64,000 bases of DNA from Styela clava. Lineage: Eukaryota. The notes under the pieces were generated by a model, which made no database searches, was not told the DNA's origin, and saw nothing but the letters and a program-made list of their open reading frames with translations. The position numbers and the translations under genes are program-made. Positions 51,801 to 64,000 of this stretch are shown here, piece after piece; the stretch's first letter is position 1, and each line of letters opens with the position of its first letter. The DNA is taken from positions 13,392,001 through 13,456,000 of the forward strand of contig NC_135251.1 of the NCBI RefSeq assembly GCF_964204865.1, given 5' to 3'.

Positions 51801-53936
51801 CCCTTTTTAGAATTTGTAAAGTTTGCGCCCCACCTCAAAGATAACTAGCTAACAATAAGCTACAAATAACATATAGTAGGGCGAAAGTATGTTTTCTTGT
51901 ATTTGAAAAAGTCGTTGAAAATATGTGGATGGAACGTAAATAACCAAAATAGGGCGGGAAAGATAGAATATAACAAATATTGTTCTTTTTAATTAGCTTC
52001 GCGCCCCTTCAAAACTTTTCCTACGCTCCCCTTTATGGGGTGCGGCCCACCGTTTAAGAACATCTGGATTTTAAAGATTGGGAAAACTAGGCTGGATTCA
52101 TTAGTACCGCCATAAATTTTCCCCTATCATTATTCATTGCTATCCTTTCAAAGTCAAATTTCCCTTTTTATTTCTTTTCTTTTTATTTTAATCAAACTTA
52201 ATAGATCTAACCAGATATAACACCGTTATCTTCATCATCACTCTGACCATGACTTCCAAAATCTTTTATCTCCGCAAGTGATTGCCCAAAATGTGTTAGT
52301 TCCTCTTCATCGTCATTCAGACTAAAAACAAAAATTCGACAAGTTCTTAGACAGTGATCATCAAAAGGCCATGTGAATGAATAAAACAAAAATTCAAAAC
52401 TATTTGAAAATTACTATTACATGAAAGTCAAAATAACCAATTTTTAATTGTGAAAACATTTAATACCATCATGGAATATAGATGACTAATTGTAGAAATC
52501 AGTAAAGATTGTTCACTTTCAAATTGTCAACACATGCATAGCAAGAATATTCTAAGAATATAGCGCAGTTGCTTTTCTTATGACGATACATGTCCGTCCC
52601 CACTAGGGAAAACCCGTTTTGCGACAATGAGTAGCTATCCCAGCAATAAGGTCACATGTTTGGGAATGAGCATCCCTTACAGTCCAAGACATGCATGACC
52701 CTCACATGTGGACGACGCTCTGGTGTCTGGACAGATACTCAGGAAACCATCCCTTAAAATAGGCACAGGAAGAAGTCGACAGCTCCAGCGATGGCCATGG
52801 AGTCAGATGAATCGCTAGCAAATCAACGGTTCTATAGTCAACTTTAGCTATGTGGACAATCTGAGAACAACAGATAGGTGCAAACAGCCAGTCAGTCACA
52901 GCGCTTGGGAAGGTAATGGCAACCAACCCCATGTTTTCTGCCAAGTTCAAATCAAAAAGATGATCACTTATAAAGACCATGATTTCATCTACAGCATGAA
53001 CATGCTACGAGAGTACAAGAAGCTTTTCCAATACTTCACACAAATAATCAAAGCTATCCTTTTCAGCTTATAAATTATTTTTTTCAAATTTAATTTGTAA
53101 TATTCACGAAAGTTTCAAGTTGAATTTGTATATTTAGAAGGGTAAATAATGGTATTGTTGCATGAAAGTCATTACAATATATAGTTCAACTTTAAAGTTT
53201 AAAATAACCATTTTCAATCTTTTTTAGTAAAATAAGGAGATTTTGATAATAATTGAAAAAAAATGTCAAATATACTTGAAGAGTGACATCTTGTCATGTT
53301 TTCGTTTTTTTTCCATTGCAAATCTTTCGAGCATTTTATCTTCAACTGATAAATCAGTTCTACCTTCGCCAAATCTTTCATCCATCAAATTGTTGGTTTT
53401 AAATCGATCTTTGTATTCTTTTAACAAAGTATCTTTTCTCTGTGAAATGAAAACAAATAGATCGTTGATTTTCACACAAATTACCAGATAGCATGATATT
53501 TAAATCAATATCTAGCTAATGATTAGCGAAGGAAGCAATGCATTTGAAAATCTAAAAATGTTTAAATTCGCAGATGACAAGAGTCTGAAAGCAGGAAAGT
53601 GTGTGTACCAATTCTGCAACTGAAAATTACAGGAAACCACTAAAACGAAAAAGATAAATACTTAAAAAAAGTCAATTATTCTTTTCAGAAAGAAATTTAT
53701 GTCACCATGCAAAAAAGTGAAATAAACATTAAAACACCACTTACTTTTTTATTGGCCTTGGATCTTGAAACACCAGGCAAACCTCTGTCATGTTTTGTCT
53801 TTCTCCCCATGATATTGTGTTTTTGTTTATTGATTTTAACTTCAAAAGGATTGCTGTGAACCTTGAATACATTCTTCTTTTTGGCCTGTTTTGCCTTTCT
53901 AACTTTGTCTGCAATTCCTTTCTTTGGTTTACCCAT
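42871..53936 (-). CDS. NOP14: Nucleolar protein 14 (SSU processome), spliced
   Basis: Exons (5' to 3'): 53936-53745, 53439-53276, 52321-52212, 51493-51345, 51098-50990, 50911-50818, 50133-49984, 49399-~49235, 48931-48746, 48078-47862, 47294-47168, 46637-46516, 46289-46150, 45436-45277, 44802-44619, 44033-43924, 43671-43507, 42979-42871. Motifs: NPFEVK, DERFGE, LTHFGQSL, HFGGG, KSRKEIIDEIILKSK, SADDL, FSTSDYFH, SKRFIPE, KRELKGAVREIKKD, QEGE. Confidence 0.96.
44170..44310 (-). mobile_element. Degenerate fragment of the tRNA-derived SINE family
   Basis: Partial similarity to 46835-46990 (GATGGxGGAATCxGTAAxCAACCA...CTCGxAxATAA). Confidence 0.45.
46689..47020 (-). mobile_element. tRNA-derived SINE in a NOP14 intron
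   Basis: Minus-strand head has A-box-like TGGTGCACCGTGCTAAG and B-box-like GATTCGAATCC. Related copies at ~50260-50560 and ~44170, and a tail fragment ATATTTATCCTGGGAGAG at ~29723. Confidence 0.75.
48943..49171. repeat. Near-perfect 117-bp tandem duplication in a NOP14 intron
   Basis: TTTTAAAAACATTTCATGAG...TATATAAAATCAA occurs twice, with about one mismatch. Confidence 0.95.
50260..50560 (-). mobile_element. Diverged copy of the tRNA-derived SINE
   Basis: Shares CCATGTCGGxTATGGGA, GCACATAA, ATTCGAAxCTGCGAA and CTTAGCACG in the same order as 46689-47020. Confidence 0.65.
51776..52066. mobile_element. hAT/Charlie-like MITE
   Basis: Ends CAGTGGCTCTCAAACT ... CGTTTAAGAACATCTG (imperfect TIR) with GC-rich GCGCCCC subterminal motifs; TSD not evident. 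Confidence 0.55.
52560..52945 (+). mobile_element. Probable RTE-clade LINE/SINE fragment
   Basis: GC-richer island in an intron, ending in GGGAAGGTAATGGCAACCAACCCCATGTTTTCTGCC, similar to the RTE/Bov-A motif GGAGAAGGAAATGGCAACCCACTCCAGTATTCTTGCC (recalled, not searched). Confidence 0.45.
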
Positions 53937-55304
53937 TTCAGCACTACTGCACTATCACAACAAGCAAGAAATCAATTTTAAACTGCAATGGTAAATGTTG
54001 AGAACAAATAATCGAAAGTCAGACCGCAGCGTTCACAAAACAAGCATGTCTTACTAAATGCTCTTTTTGCAATAAATCGTTTACTAAAATTAATTGGCCA
54101 ATGAAAAATAATAAGTCATTCAGTTTATAAAGAATGAATTTTTAAAATAAACTGTAAATTATTTTAAAATTCTAAATTGTGAGCAAAATTGCGGTAAAAA
54201 TAGGCAAACGATTTTGTGTGTAATAAAAATATACAACTGATAGTAAAATAATAAATGAACTAACAGAAACTAACAGTTCGTTTTAAGTGGTGCCAGACTT
54301 TTGGGACCCGAAAAGCTTCTGGCCTTAATGAATGAATCATAATATTAATATAGATACTAATTAGGATTTTTTGAAAGGTAGAAAGTTTTTTATCAAGTGG
54401 CATAATGTTATTTTAATATATTTTGATCTCGTGGCGTAGCTGCCTGCATTCGGTGTTGAATATGTGTACATTTAGGCTTTGTCGCTGGCGTTATTTTGAT
54501 TTGATTGGAACTTAACAATGCTTAATCGGGATTATTATCCTAATATACCGCAATGTTGTTTTTTATCTAACCTACATAAGCATTTATTCATTTTCAAAAT
54601 TCCGTCATAAAAATACAATCGTACGTGCGAGTGTGCGAGGGGATTTCCAACACGAAATGACGTTTCATTCGTCAGAGTGTCTATGACGTTTGGCTAAAGC
54701 ATTTTTACCGTCTTTCATATTACTATGCTGCTCATAATTAAATAGTCAAATTATACGTCCTACAATTACTGATTGTTTTTTTTTTCTTTAAATTAGGGCA
54801 ATTACATGAAAGTTTTAAATAATATTTAATGAATAAATGATATTATACTGATCTCACACTTTTATAACAAGATTTTTTCCATCGAAGAACTGATTTAAAT
54901 TCTTTTCACAATTTAAAGAAAACACTTTCATATGACATTCGAATTTATATTCTAAACTCGTATTACTCGTCTTCTATTCAGTAGATTGGTCTTGCCCTTA
55001 GCCTGGCGGAGAGAGACTGTGAAGAATACAGCCCACCCACTGTGAAGTGGGTGAAGAATACAGCTGGGGTTGTTGTTTTCACTGTTGATCCATTGTTAAT
55101 CCGTCATGCCTGTTCATCACAATGTTATGTGACAGGGTAGCATCGTCAGATTGTGAAGGCCTGAAGAATTTAAACTGCCAAAGCCTTTTGCCTGACCTCA
55201 GCGTCCAGACAAATACTACAGACTGTAACCCACTACTATATACAGGTCTGAGAAATCCCACCATCTTGACGAAATTTCACTTTACCTCACAGTAAAGCAA
55301 GAAG
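53937..55304. promoter_or_regulatory. Shared divergent promoter region of NOP14 and MFSD13A
   Basis: Start codons are about 1.37 kb apart, head-to-head. CpG-richer core at ~54430-54700 with two ATGACGTTT motifs and GGGGATTTCC (54639-54648). Confidence 0.6.
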
Positions 55305-58300
55305 ATGCAGAAATCTTTCCACGTTATAGCAAGATGCTATGGAAGCATGGCATTGTTTCTATCTCTGACTCACAATGTCTTTCTTCTCTATTATGTTGAT
55401 ATGTTTGTTAACGTTTACAAGATTGATAAGTTGTCATTCTGGGTTGGTGAGGTAAGTGTTTCAATAATTTGAAAAAATATTATCTCCTTGCTGACAAAAA
55501 TGCTGAAAAAAAACAGTCTAATTGTAAATAATCATTGATATAAAAAATAAAAACACTTGATAGATGAGATAATTTATTTTTACAAATAACTGAATGGAGA
55601 CATAATGACATATAGGTAAATAATATTTAAAAACACATAATATCTGATACAACAGGAAAATTTTTTAACAGTAATATAAACTCTTTTTCAGGTTACATTT
55701 TTGGTCTGGAATTCTATAAATGATCCATTATTTGGATGGTTGAGTGACAAACATTTGATTCAAAAGGATAAAAGGTAACTTTCCTAGCAGTTAAGGAGGC
55801 CTATTTGTTCTCTGCCATATTACACAAGATACGATATAAACACACTAGACAGAAGTTCAGAAAAGGTTTAATGAGACATAAAATTATTACATTAGAATTT
55901 CTCTTTATAACATAGAATATAGGCAATGAAACGCAATAAATTACCCGCTAATCAAACTTTGAGCTTGTGATGTTGCACAAATATATGTAAAAACATTGAT
56001 ATACCTGTGATCAGGCTTTAAGCTTGGGAGCATTGCAATAAATAAAAGTTCTAAAAGCTAAGTTGAAGTGTTCACATAGTTCGCAACACTCATCAACTTC
56101 AACTACCGTATATATTAATAAGACATAACAAATTTTATTAAATTTCGTTTGTCTGATAAATCTATAGGTATGAACTAATATCATAATCATTTTCCATAAT
56201 TTATTTTTATGTATCTATTTATTTTGGAATCACTTTTGTCTGAGTGTTGTCCATGTTGACTTGATACTTATAGGTAGCAACCATCATTTTCTCAGTTTTA
56301 ATTAATTCCTACTTTATCCATAACAGGGCAATAGATGGAGTAAATGATCAGCTAAAAATCATCAATAAAAGAGTGAATTCTCTACGTCTGTACGGGCCAC
56401 TATTTGCTTTTTCATTTTTGTTATTCTGGGTACATTGGCTTCCCACTTTTCTACAATTTGTTGTATGTTTGTGTCTGTATGATGCTTTTTTAACTGCCGT
56501 TGATCTTCAACACACTGCACTTCTAGCGGACTTAGCTGTACAAACTAATGAAAGGTAATATTATATTTTTAATAAAATTCTCCGAAGTGTTTATATACAT
56601 ATTTTCTTCTAAAGTTAGCTGAGATAATGGCTTGTTTATTTGCCATCATCATTAGTGAAGCAATGGCAAATAATAATATCCCACTTTGTAAACATTGGTA
56701 GTATGTTTCCTTGTTGTTATTAGATTAATAGCATTGCTCAGTAATTAACTTTTCCGCTAGACAAACAGTGATGGTAATTTGTTGTATGTGTCAATCTCTG
56801 TCCCATACATTCCAATCCAGGCAATTTCAAAAAGCAAGTCAGCAGTAAAAATATATCATTTATCATATTAGTATGACTAGATTGACATCCAAATCGAATG
56901 AAAATTTGTTTGCTTCTTTCCACAAAATATAATATGAATCAAATATTATTGAGTTTAGCTTGACAGAAAGGAGAAAACTGTAATGATTATTCTCTTTTGT
57001 TATAAATGTTGGCGTAAAAGGTTTCTATCTGAATGAATGTTATTAATGATTCTAACGTGTATCATTTTATCTCAACAGAAACACTTTGAATAGATATTGT
57101 TCAATATTCAGTGCACTTGGTTCGTTTAGTGTCTTTGCTTCTTACGCAGTTTGGAGCCAACATAGCACCTTACCATTCCAGGTACATTTCCTATTAATGA
57201 TATTTTTCACATTAGAAATCTATTTTTGAAATCAGGAAAAGAATAGTTTAAATCGAACAAAAAAGTTTCAAATCGTGTTTGAAAAATCAGATTTTCAGTA
57301 TCATTAAGTAAATTAAATTATAAAGTATAAATTGAAAATAGTTTTTCAATTACATTTTACCCACCTTGGTATTTTCAGCGCTTACACAAATGATTTATTA
57401 TATTTTTATGGAAATGCTAACATTTTTTATTCAAGTTTGCTGAATTAAGGGATCTATCTGTACATTTAAAATTAGAAACCACTTCATTTTATTGCAGATA
57501 TTTTGTGTTGCTGTTGCATGTTTTTCTGCTTCTGGATTTTTTATTTCTTCCAAAATATTGTCAAAATCATTACCAGAAACTGCAGATTTTACCGAAAAAG
57601 ACTTGCAATCAATTGTTCAGGGTAAGAATAGAAGTTTAGATTTGAAATTCACTCTAGGTATTGCGATGATTATGAAAGATAAAGTATTTAGTGCATAGGC
57701 TACTTCATTTAATTGAAATCTCTTAATGTCTATCTGTGGAGTTATGCAATCTTTGTCACCATATCGAATACACACCAGAGTTATACTGCCTTTCAAGATA
57801 GTGTATGCTTTTTGATAAAAATATGATTGAATGATTTTTATACTCATGATCAAATAATATTAACATTTTTAATGATTTCAGACACACAGATGAAAAACAC
57901 TGAACCGAAAATTAGTGCAATGAAGTACATCAAACAACTATACAACAACAGAAACTTTAGATGGTTTATTGCTATGAATTTATTACAGGTATGAGGAATA
58001 TTTTAGACTTGGATAATGATATTACAGATTCATTTATTCATTTTGTGGTGATTTCAACTTTTTTTTCACTGTTCAAGGTGTTTCACTGTCATTTCAACAG
58101 TAATTTCTTTCCGTTGTTTATGGACACATTGGTTGGTGATACAGTTCCTAACAGTATTTGTACTCTTCTTATTGGTAAGTCGTTCGAGTTTTCTGGTGTT
58201 CTGAAATCCCTACTAAATGTAATTAGTATATTTTATGTTGTACTTAATTGAATACTAATACTAGGTATTGATTTTGAATTATTGAAATCATTTATTCGGT

Positions 58301-60105
58301 CTTCCACAATGATAAGAATTACAGCATGTTAAATGGCCAGGTGTTTTTAGTTTTGAAGTGTACTCCTGATTTATGTATTTTTCAGTAAAATACTATACAA
58401 CTAATACATAACAACTAATATTATAACATAAGCTACACCAGTAGTTATTAACCTTCATGATCGGTCCCCTCATCTTCAATAACAAAAAAACTTTTGGCAT
58501 CTAACATTTAGCTTATAGTTTCATGCCTCTATCTGCATTATCCTGGTGAATGGTGACCAACTTTTCCAAATTCTCCAATGGCAAACAACAGTAGAGTCAG
58601 TGAACAAACAATATTTTATTCCTATATTCATATTGAATCTTACATGACTAATCTTACATCAGCTTGTGTTTTTGTTTTCTCAGGAATGTCTTTTGTTGCA
58701 CCACATATTAATAATATATATTTTCTCCACTTGTGTGAGAAATTTGGAGTTTATAATGTCGTCACGCTATTATTTTGGATCAAACTTTTACTCGCTGTTG
58801 GGATGGCAATTCTAGGACCAAACCATATCTGGGCGACATGTATTTTTATAGCAAGGTATGGCTATAGGTTTTCTATGTTAAATGTTGTCAAAAGCTGCAT
58901 ATGAGATGATTAAATGCTTGAAATATGCACATCGAGGCTGTGGTGTAGAAGTTTAGCACTAGAGTCGCAGTCGTGTTTTCATACTCATTGGAGTCAAGAT
59001 CGAGGGACATTCTCAAAATTGTGAATTTCCGCAATGTGGATTTTCAATGATGAAAACATAATCGAACGAAGCCAATATATTTATTTAGTCGGAAGTAAAT
59101 TTTCTATGACTCCACAGGCAATACTAGGGTGGTGTTTTTCAAGCAACAATTATCATTTCATTCAAATGCCCATGCAACTACTTTTGCCTTGGCCTGCCCA
59201 GTCTTTATGCCTGTAGTAAGGAAGCCTAAATATAATAGATCTGAAATTTAAATAAATGTCTGACTTCATCTACTGCTCTGACATTTGTTTTATCTAGCAA
59301 TCGCATTTTCACGGAAGGAACATGCAAACTTCTGAATCTTGTCGTCTCAGATTTGGTCGATGAAGATTATGTTCTTCATGATAGACCTCATCCTGCTTCT
59401 GCACTATTGTTTGGAATGTCTTCATTACTATCAAAACCAGGCCAAACATTGGCACCTTTGTTCGGCACACTGCTCCTTTCGACTTACACAGGTATGTAGT
59501 TATCTAAACTAAATTTTTTCCTTCTCAGCCCACTATTAGGCTTCCTAAAGTCTGTAATATTGGCTAATCCAAAAGAAGTAAATTTTTGGCAGCCACTCAG
59601 CAATGTTTCTGGCATGCTGATAAACATTAGCTCATTTTCATGGTTTTGCTCGATATTTGTCACTTCATTGTTGTTTCCGGAATTTAGGTGTAACTCAATG
59701 GGCATTTCATCTTTCAAGGAATTTTGGTTTAGTTGCACTGAACAAAAATTACTTATCTTAGACTAAAATTAGCTCAGTGGCATGTGGTAAAATTGAGGAA
59801 AAAATTTTTTGGGGGCCAAAGGGTTTAAAATTTCCATAGTAAACGAATCCCAATATTCAACAGGAAAAGACATTTTCCACTCGGATTCCATTGATGCTAT
59901 GGCTATAGGAGTGAAGAAATCTGCTGGTGTAGACATTTCTGGATCATCATTATATCGTGATGCATGTTTCAGTATACTAGTAATAGTTCCAATTGTTTGC
60001 GCTTGTTTACAGTTACTAGCATGGAGTCGATTTTCTTTACGAGGAAACAGACTCCAACGTATCAAAAATTTGAGAATATGTAGAAATTTAGAATGTGTAT
60101 GTTGA
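55305..60105 (+). CDS. MFSD13A: Transmembrane protein 180 / MFS domain-containing 13A, spliced
   Basis: Phase-consistent exons: 55305-55451, 55692-55774, 56327-56554, 57079-57181, 57498-57621, 57882-57988, 58078-58174, 58684-58855, 59298-59491, 59864-60105. Motifs: [80 protein letters not shown]. Confidence 0.95.
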
Positions 60106-60691
60106 TGGTTTTTATAAGTTTGTTTATGACACGATGTTTTTCATATTTTTTTGTTGCAAGTTTTCAATCCTATTTTCTATGCAGTCAGTAAACACATAAC
60201 AGTCACAACTACCGTTCCTTTTCACATGACCATGATGTATATGTTGCAGTTTTGCCATTTGCAATGCTTTTTTGTTAATTATTGCATATTTGCTGCTTTT
60301 AAAATATTTATAGGAAAGAATTCGGTACCACGTTAATTCTGTACCTACCTTGAACCAATACTGTCATCCTATGTGCTATTAAGCCACATATACCAACTTT
60401 CTGTGATATGTCCTAAATGTTATCCTTTCGCAGGACTGCTGCAATCAGAAGCCTGTTTTTATCACTACTGCACTTATGTTAATTTTCTTTAAAATATTTT
60501 AGTTCAATAATAAGTTCTAAAGTACTTTTAAAACTGTTGTAGGCTAAATGCATATGCCTTGATATATAGATGAGTGATGGAGTACCCATTAGAGTTGGGG
60601 AAACTTGAATATGTACCTTTTACTGAAACATAACAAACTGCCAGAGACTTGACATATCATTTTGCGCAAGCTATTACCGTAATTATTTGAA

Positions 60692-60943
60692 CACGGACGG
60701 GCAAGGTTTTTGGACCTGGGGCTGAAAATCCTGCCCATCTGGCTGTGTAAGTGTGAACTAAAAGTTACATTTTATGAATAATAATTACAGTGTTACAAAA
60801 ATGGAAAATAGCAAGCCTTTATAGCCAAAACTAAATTTTATCGTAATCTCAACAAATTCCTTGATCTATTTCAAAATTTGGTCGTGGCAGAATCAAGCGG
60901 GCCAGATTGAATGACCCCGCAGGCCGAAGTTTGCCCATGACAG
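60692..60943. mobile_element. hAT-like MITE, copy 2
   Basis: Homologous to 33459-33700; ends resemble CAxGGxxGGGCAA / TTGCCCATGACAG. Confidence 0.75.
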
Positions 60944-61840
60944 TGTTAGCATGTCGATTATTGTTTTATTAAACAATCTTAAACTCGGAATGAGCTAAGT
61001 TGATTTTGAAGTAAATTCAAACTAATGTGGGTTTAAGGGAAGATTGCATTTCAACCATTCTTGTCTATTTCACTCATATAATCATCTGTTCATTTATAAT
61101 GTGATAAATTGGATATTTGAATCTGTAGTAGGAACCATTTTGAACTTCTTTTGATTTTATGTTGCAGTACATTCCTACGATTTTGAACTTCATTTTTATT
61201 GAATGCTGAATGACAATCCTAACCTTATTTGAAATTTGTACTTATTTTTTAATTTCCTTCTTATATGTGCGTGTCTTAAATATATAGATAATCTATATTT
61301 TACTAAACATATTTTCAGTTCGTTGTTTCTCTCACAAAATGCAGTCATCAGTGGCCCAAAGTGAGCCAGTCCTATTTCTAATACACATCTAAGAAAACAT
61401 TGTAACTGCTGTTCCATTGTTATTATACTAGGGAATTGTTGGTTAGATGGATAGGTATTTAGTTTGAGGCGAGGGCCCAGGTTTTCTACAGGTCCACCAA
61501 CCATACTGCAGCACACCACAATGCACCTGTTCCGACATTCCCAGCTCAACACTCAGCTTTTTGAATATATATTGTCGTTTCAAATTCCCACCAAGAACAT
61601 GCAAATAACTTAAAGTAAAAAGGTGGAAACAATTTATAAAATGGATATAGCAGACAAACTTGAATACCCAACACCAAGGCTGATACTGGATAAGGATTTA
61701 TTATCACTGGCATATAAATCTCAATTTACAAAGTGTAGTCAATTAAATACCCAGTTCTGCAGACGAGGGATTAACCTTTTCATAGACTCTACTCTAGTCA
61801 TCGAAACGATTTGACCCGCAGAAAAACTCTATTTGAGATA

Positions 61841-62330
61841 CCGAATTTGCTCGTTTTGTATCCCGGGCCCATATTTTTTTAACCAAACCCACTAACCAGG
61901 CCTATTCAAACCGGCGCATGGGCGCTTGTTATTTTTAAAGTAAAATTATACACAAAAATTACGGTATCTTTGAAGACAAATATTTGACGACTTTAATCCT
62001 TTTTCCATGTCAATTGATTCACGTCAAACGCACGTTGAAATGATGCACTTGGGCGTCGCGACGCCCAGTTTCAGAACCCTGGGATTACATAATGCTATCT
62101 GTTATGTAATTGGCTGCCTAAGGCGTGAGTGTTATCTACAAGCGCTTAAAATTCAACAGCGTTGTGACAGAAGCGCTTGTTTCCAATTGTTCTCTACCAC
62201 TGAAAAATCAGCTTTTACATTGGGCGGCTATTCAAGCACCGGCCCTTATTTATTTTTATGTTGTGTTCACACGGGAGGCTATTCAAACGGGCCCTTAATC
62301 AAGATCGGGCGGTACAACGAGCATATACGG
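61841..62330. mobile_element. Tc/mariner (pogo/Tc2-like) non-autonomous element
   Basis: TA-flanked imperfect TIRs CCGAATTTGCTCGTT / AACGAGCATATACGG; internal GGC(C)TATTCAA motif three times. Confidence 0.65.
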
Positions 62331-63018
62331 TACTCAAAATAGGCAATACGGGATATTGCTGCAAAGGTAAATATCAATGTTTTAAAGTTCTGGTTTTGAT
62401 TTTCAAAATGTTGGCTCACGCTATCAGAATTGACAAATTTCACTAGTCTACCTCCAACAGACTTCATAATTCAATTAATCAGTAGGGCTGAGGAGACTTG
62501 GATCTAGTAATATAAATTAAATGGTTTGACACCAACTCGATTGCCAGAAGACGTTTGAATTGGCACACTTAGATAAGCCTTCTTACTCAAATTCAATGAA
62601 ATACAACATAGCAGATACCACATGAGAACTATCTTCAATTTACCAGTTTGTCTCCGCAATAACCCAAAGTAATAGACCATATTACTACCAAGGTAAATAT
62701 CAATACATGATTAGGTACCAAAGCATTGTTGGTCGGGACTCGGGACCAAACATGTTTCATTATTATTTCCAATTAACCAACAACCTTAAATTTGTAGAAC
62801 TGTTATCCAATATATTAGTTTTAAATGATACTCAAAATTTTCCAAATTAAGGATTAGTTTCTATTTTTCTACTGGGAGATCTCATACTTCAAAACGGTGT
62901 ACCTATCTTGTTGGAAACATATGACAATTCAGAATTCCAGCATTCCGGAATAACATTGTTTTGAACTAGGGTTGATCGTTGGCAATAAATCTGTCCTAAC
63001 GTTAATGTTGACAATATT

Positions 63019-64000
63019 TCATAATGTTTGTTGCAAAATTGCAGAAAGGTCATCCTCTGCATACTGACACCTATTTCCAAAATTTTCTGCTTCTTCGACA
63101 TTATCGCTTGTTGGACTCATAACAGTTACCATATTAGAAATATCTCCTGCACCCCTTTCTCTAAATGCTAATTTGAGTTTTTGGGGCCTTGGAAATCCAT
63201 CAATGAAATGTGTCAACTCTTTTTTCATTGCATACGCATCTTCACCATCGGCATAATACTTCGTTTCTACTTCACTCTTTTCAAACTTCAAAGTATCCAT
63301 GTAAAGTGCTAATGCTGCTCGATTACTCACACGAACATGAAGTGATACATATTTCGCCTGAAAAATGACATAGACATAATTCAGTTACAGCCACAATATT
63401 GCAAATTAACCAGATGATTTTGATCAATTGCCTGTGAATACCGGAAAGTTCTTAATATTTCATTTAAATAGACTATAATTGTATCAAATAATTAGGGGAA
63501 AATTTTCTGAATAATAGGCCGCCAGACAATTCAGTTTTAAATGAAAGATGGCAGTAAATCTTCTGAGCCCATTAGTTGAAAGAAAAGGGCATAAGAATTC
63601 TGTTATGCAATACTACAATTTTAAAAAGTTGAGGCCATGTGAGTTTCTTTTGATTTCATTCTGAACCCGTAAACAATCATTATGACCTAGCAGAGTTGAC
63701 ATTTCTTTATTATTCATTTTTGCTTCAATGATCGTGGGTGGTGATTGTGTGTTGCCTATAAACTTGTGCATTGTTTGTGGTATTACACATATATAGAGTA
63801 AAAGAAAAAATGAGATACTCCCCGATGCCCCAAGCCCGATCAGTAAATACTGCATCAATTTCAATTTTTTTTACAATGTGAGATTGCCCCGGTAGCATTT
63901 TTTTATCTTTCATATTCTAAATTACCCTTTTTATGTAACATAGAGGATTTTAATATAAATATTCCTATCTAAAATAATATCCGATGTACCTTGAAACATT
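63019..64000 (-). CDS. NAA10: N-alpha-acetyltransferase 10 (ARD1)-like, 3' part only
   Basis: Last exon 63357-63019 reads [19 protein letters not shown]...[16 protein letters not shown]. The tail of the preceding exon (64000-63990, ...CFK|GT) is in frame. The gene continues beyond the window. Confidence 0.92.

Noticed and set aside
61196-61620. 118-aa minus ORF and a plus-strand acceptor-like site between MFSD13A and NAA10
   Set aside because: No recognisable domain or consistent exon chain.

Overview
AT-rich eukaryotic genomic DNA with short GT-AG introns. The genes and repeats look like an invertebrate chordate (ascidian-like); this is an inference, not proven. Four spliced protein-coding genes can be rebuilt by hand with consistent exon phases: CDC25 (+, 23458-30658), NOP14 (-, 42871-53936), MFSD13A/TMEM180 (+, 55305-60105, head-to-head with NOP14), and the 3' end of NAA10 (-, 63019 to beyond 64000). 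The first 22.3 kb is a tandem array of about six 3.1-4.2 kb units. It has no intact long ORF, but frame-broken translations repeatedly resemble death-domain helices on both strands. The best reading is an amplified cluster of decayed multi-death-domain genes. Similar remnants lie downstream of CDC25 (34.7-40.1 kb), so CDC25 may sit inside that cluster. The death-domain call is by-eye pattern recognition and needs an HMM test. The window also has hAT-type and Tc/mariner-type non-autonomous elements, tRNA-derived SINEs, and candidate CDC25 regulatory elements (TATA/Inr promoter, intronic CDE-CHR, optional exon). No rRNA, tRNA genes or CRISPR arrays were seen.
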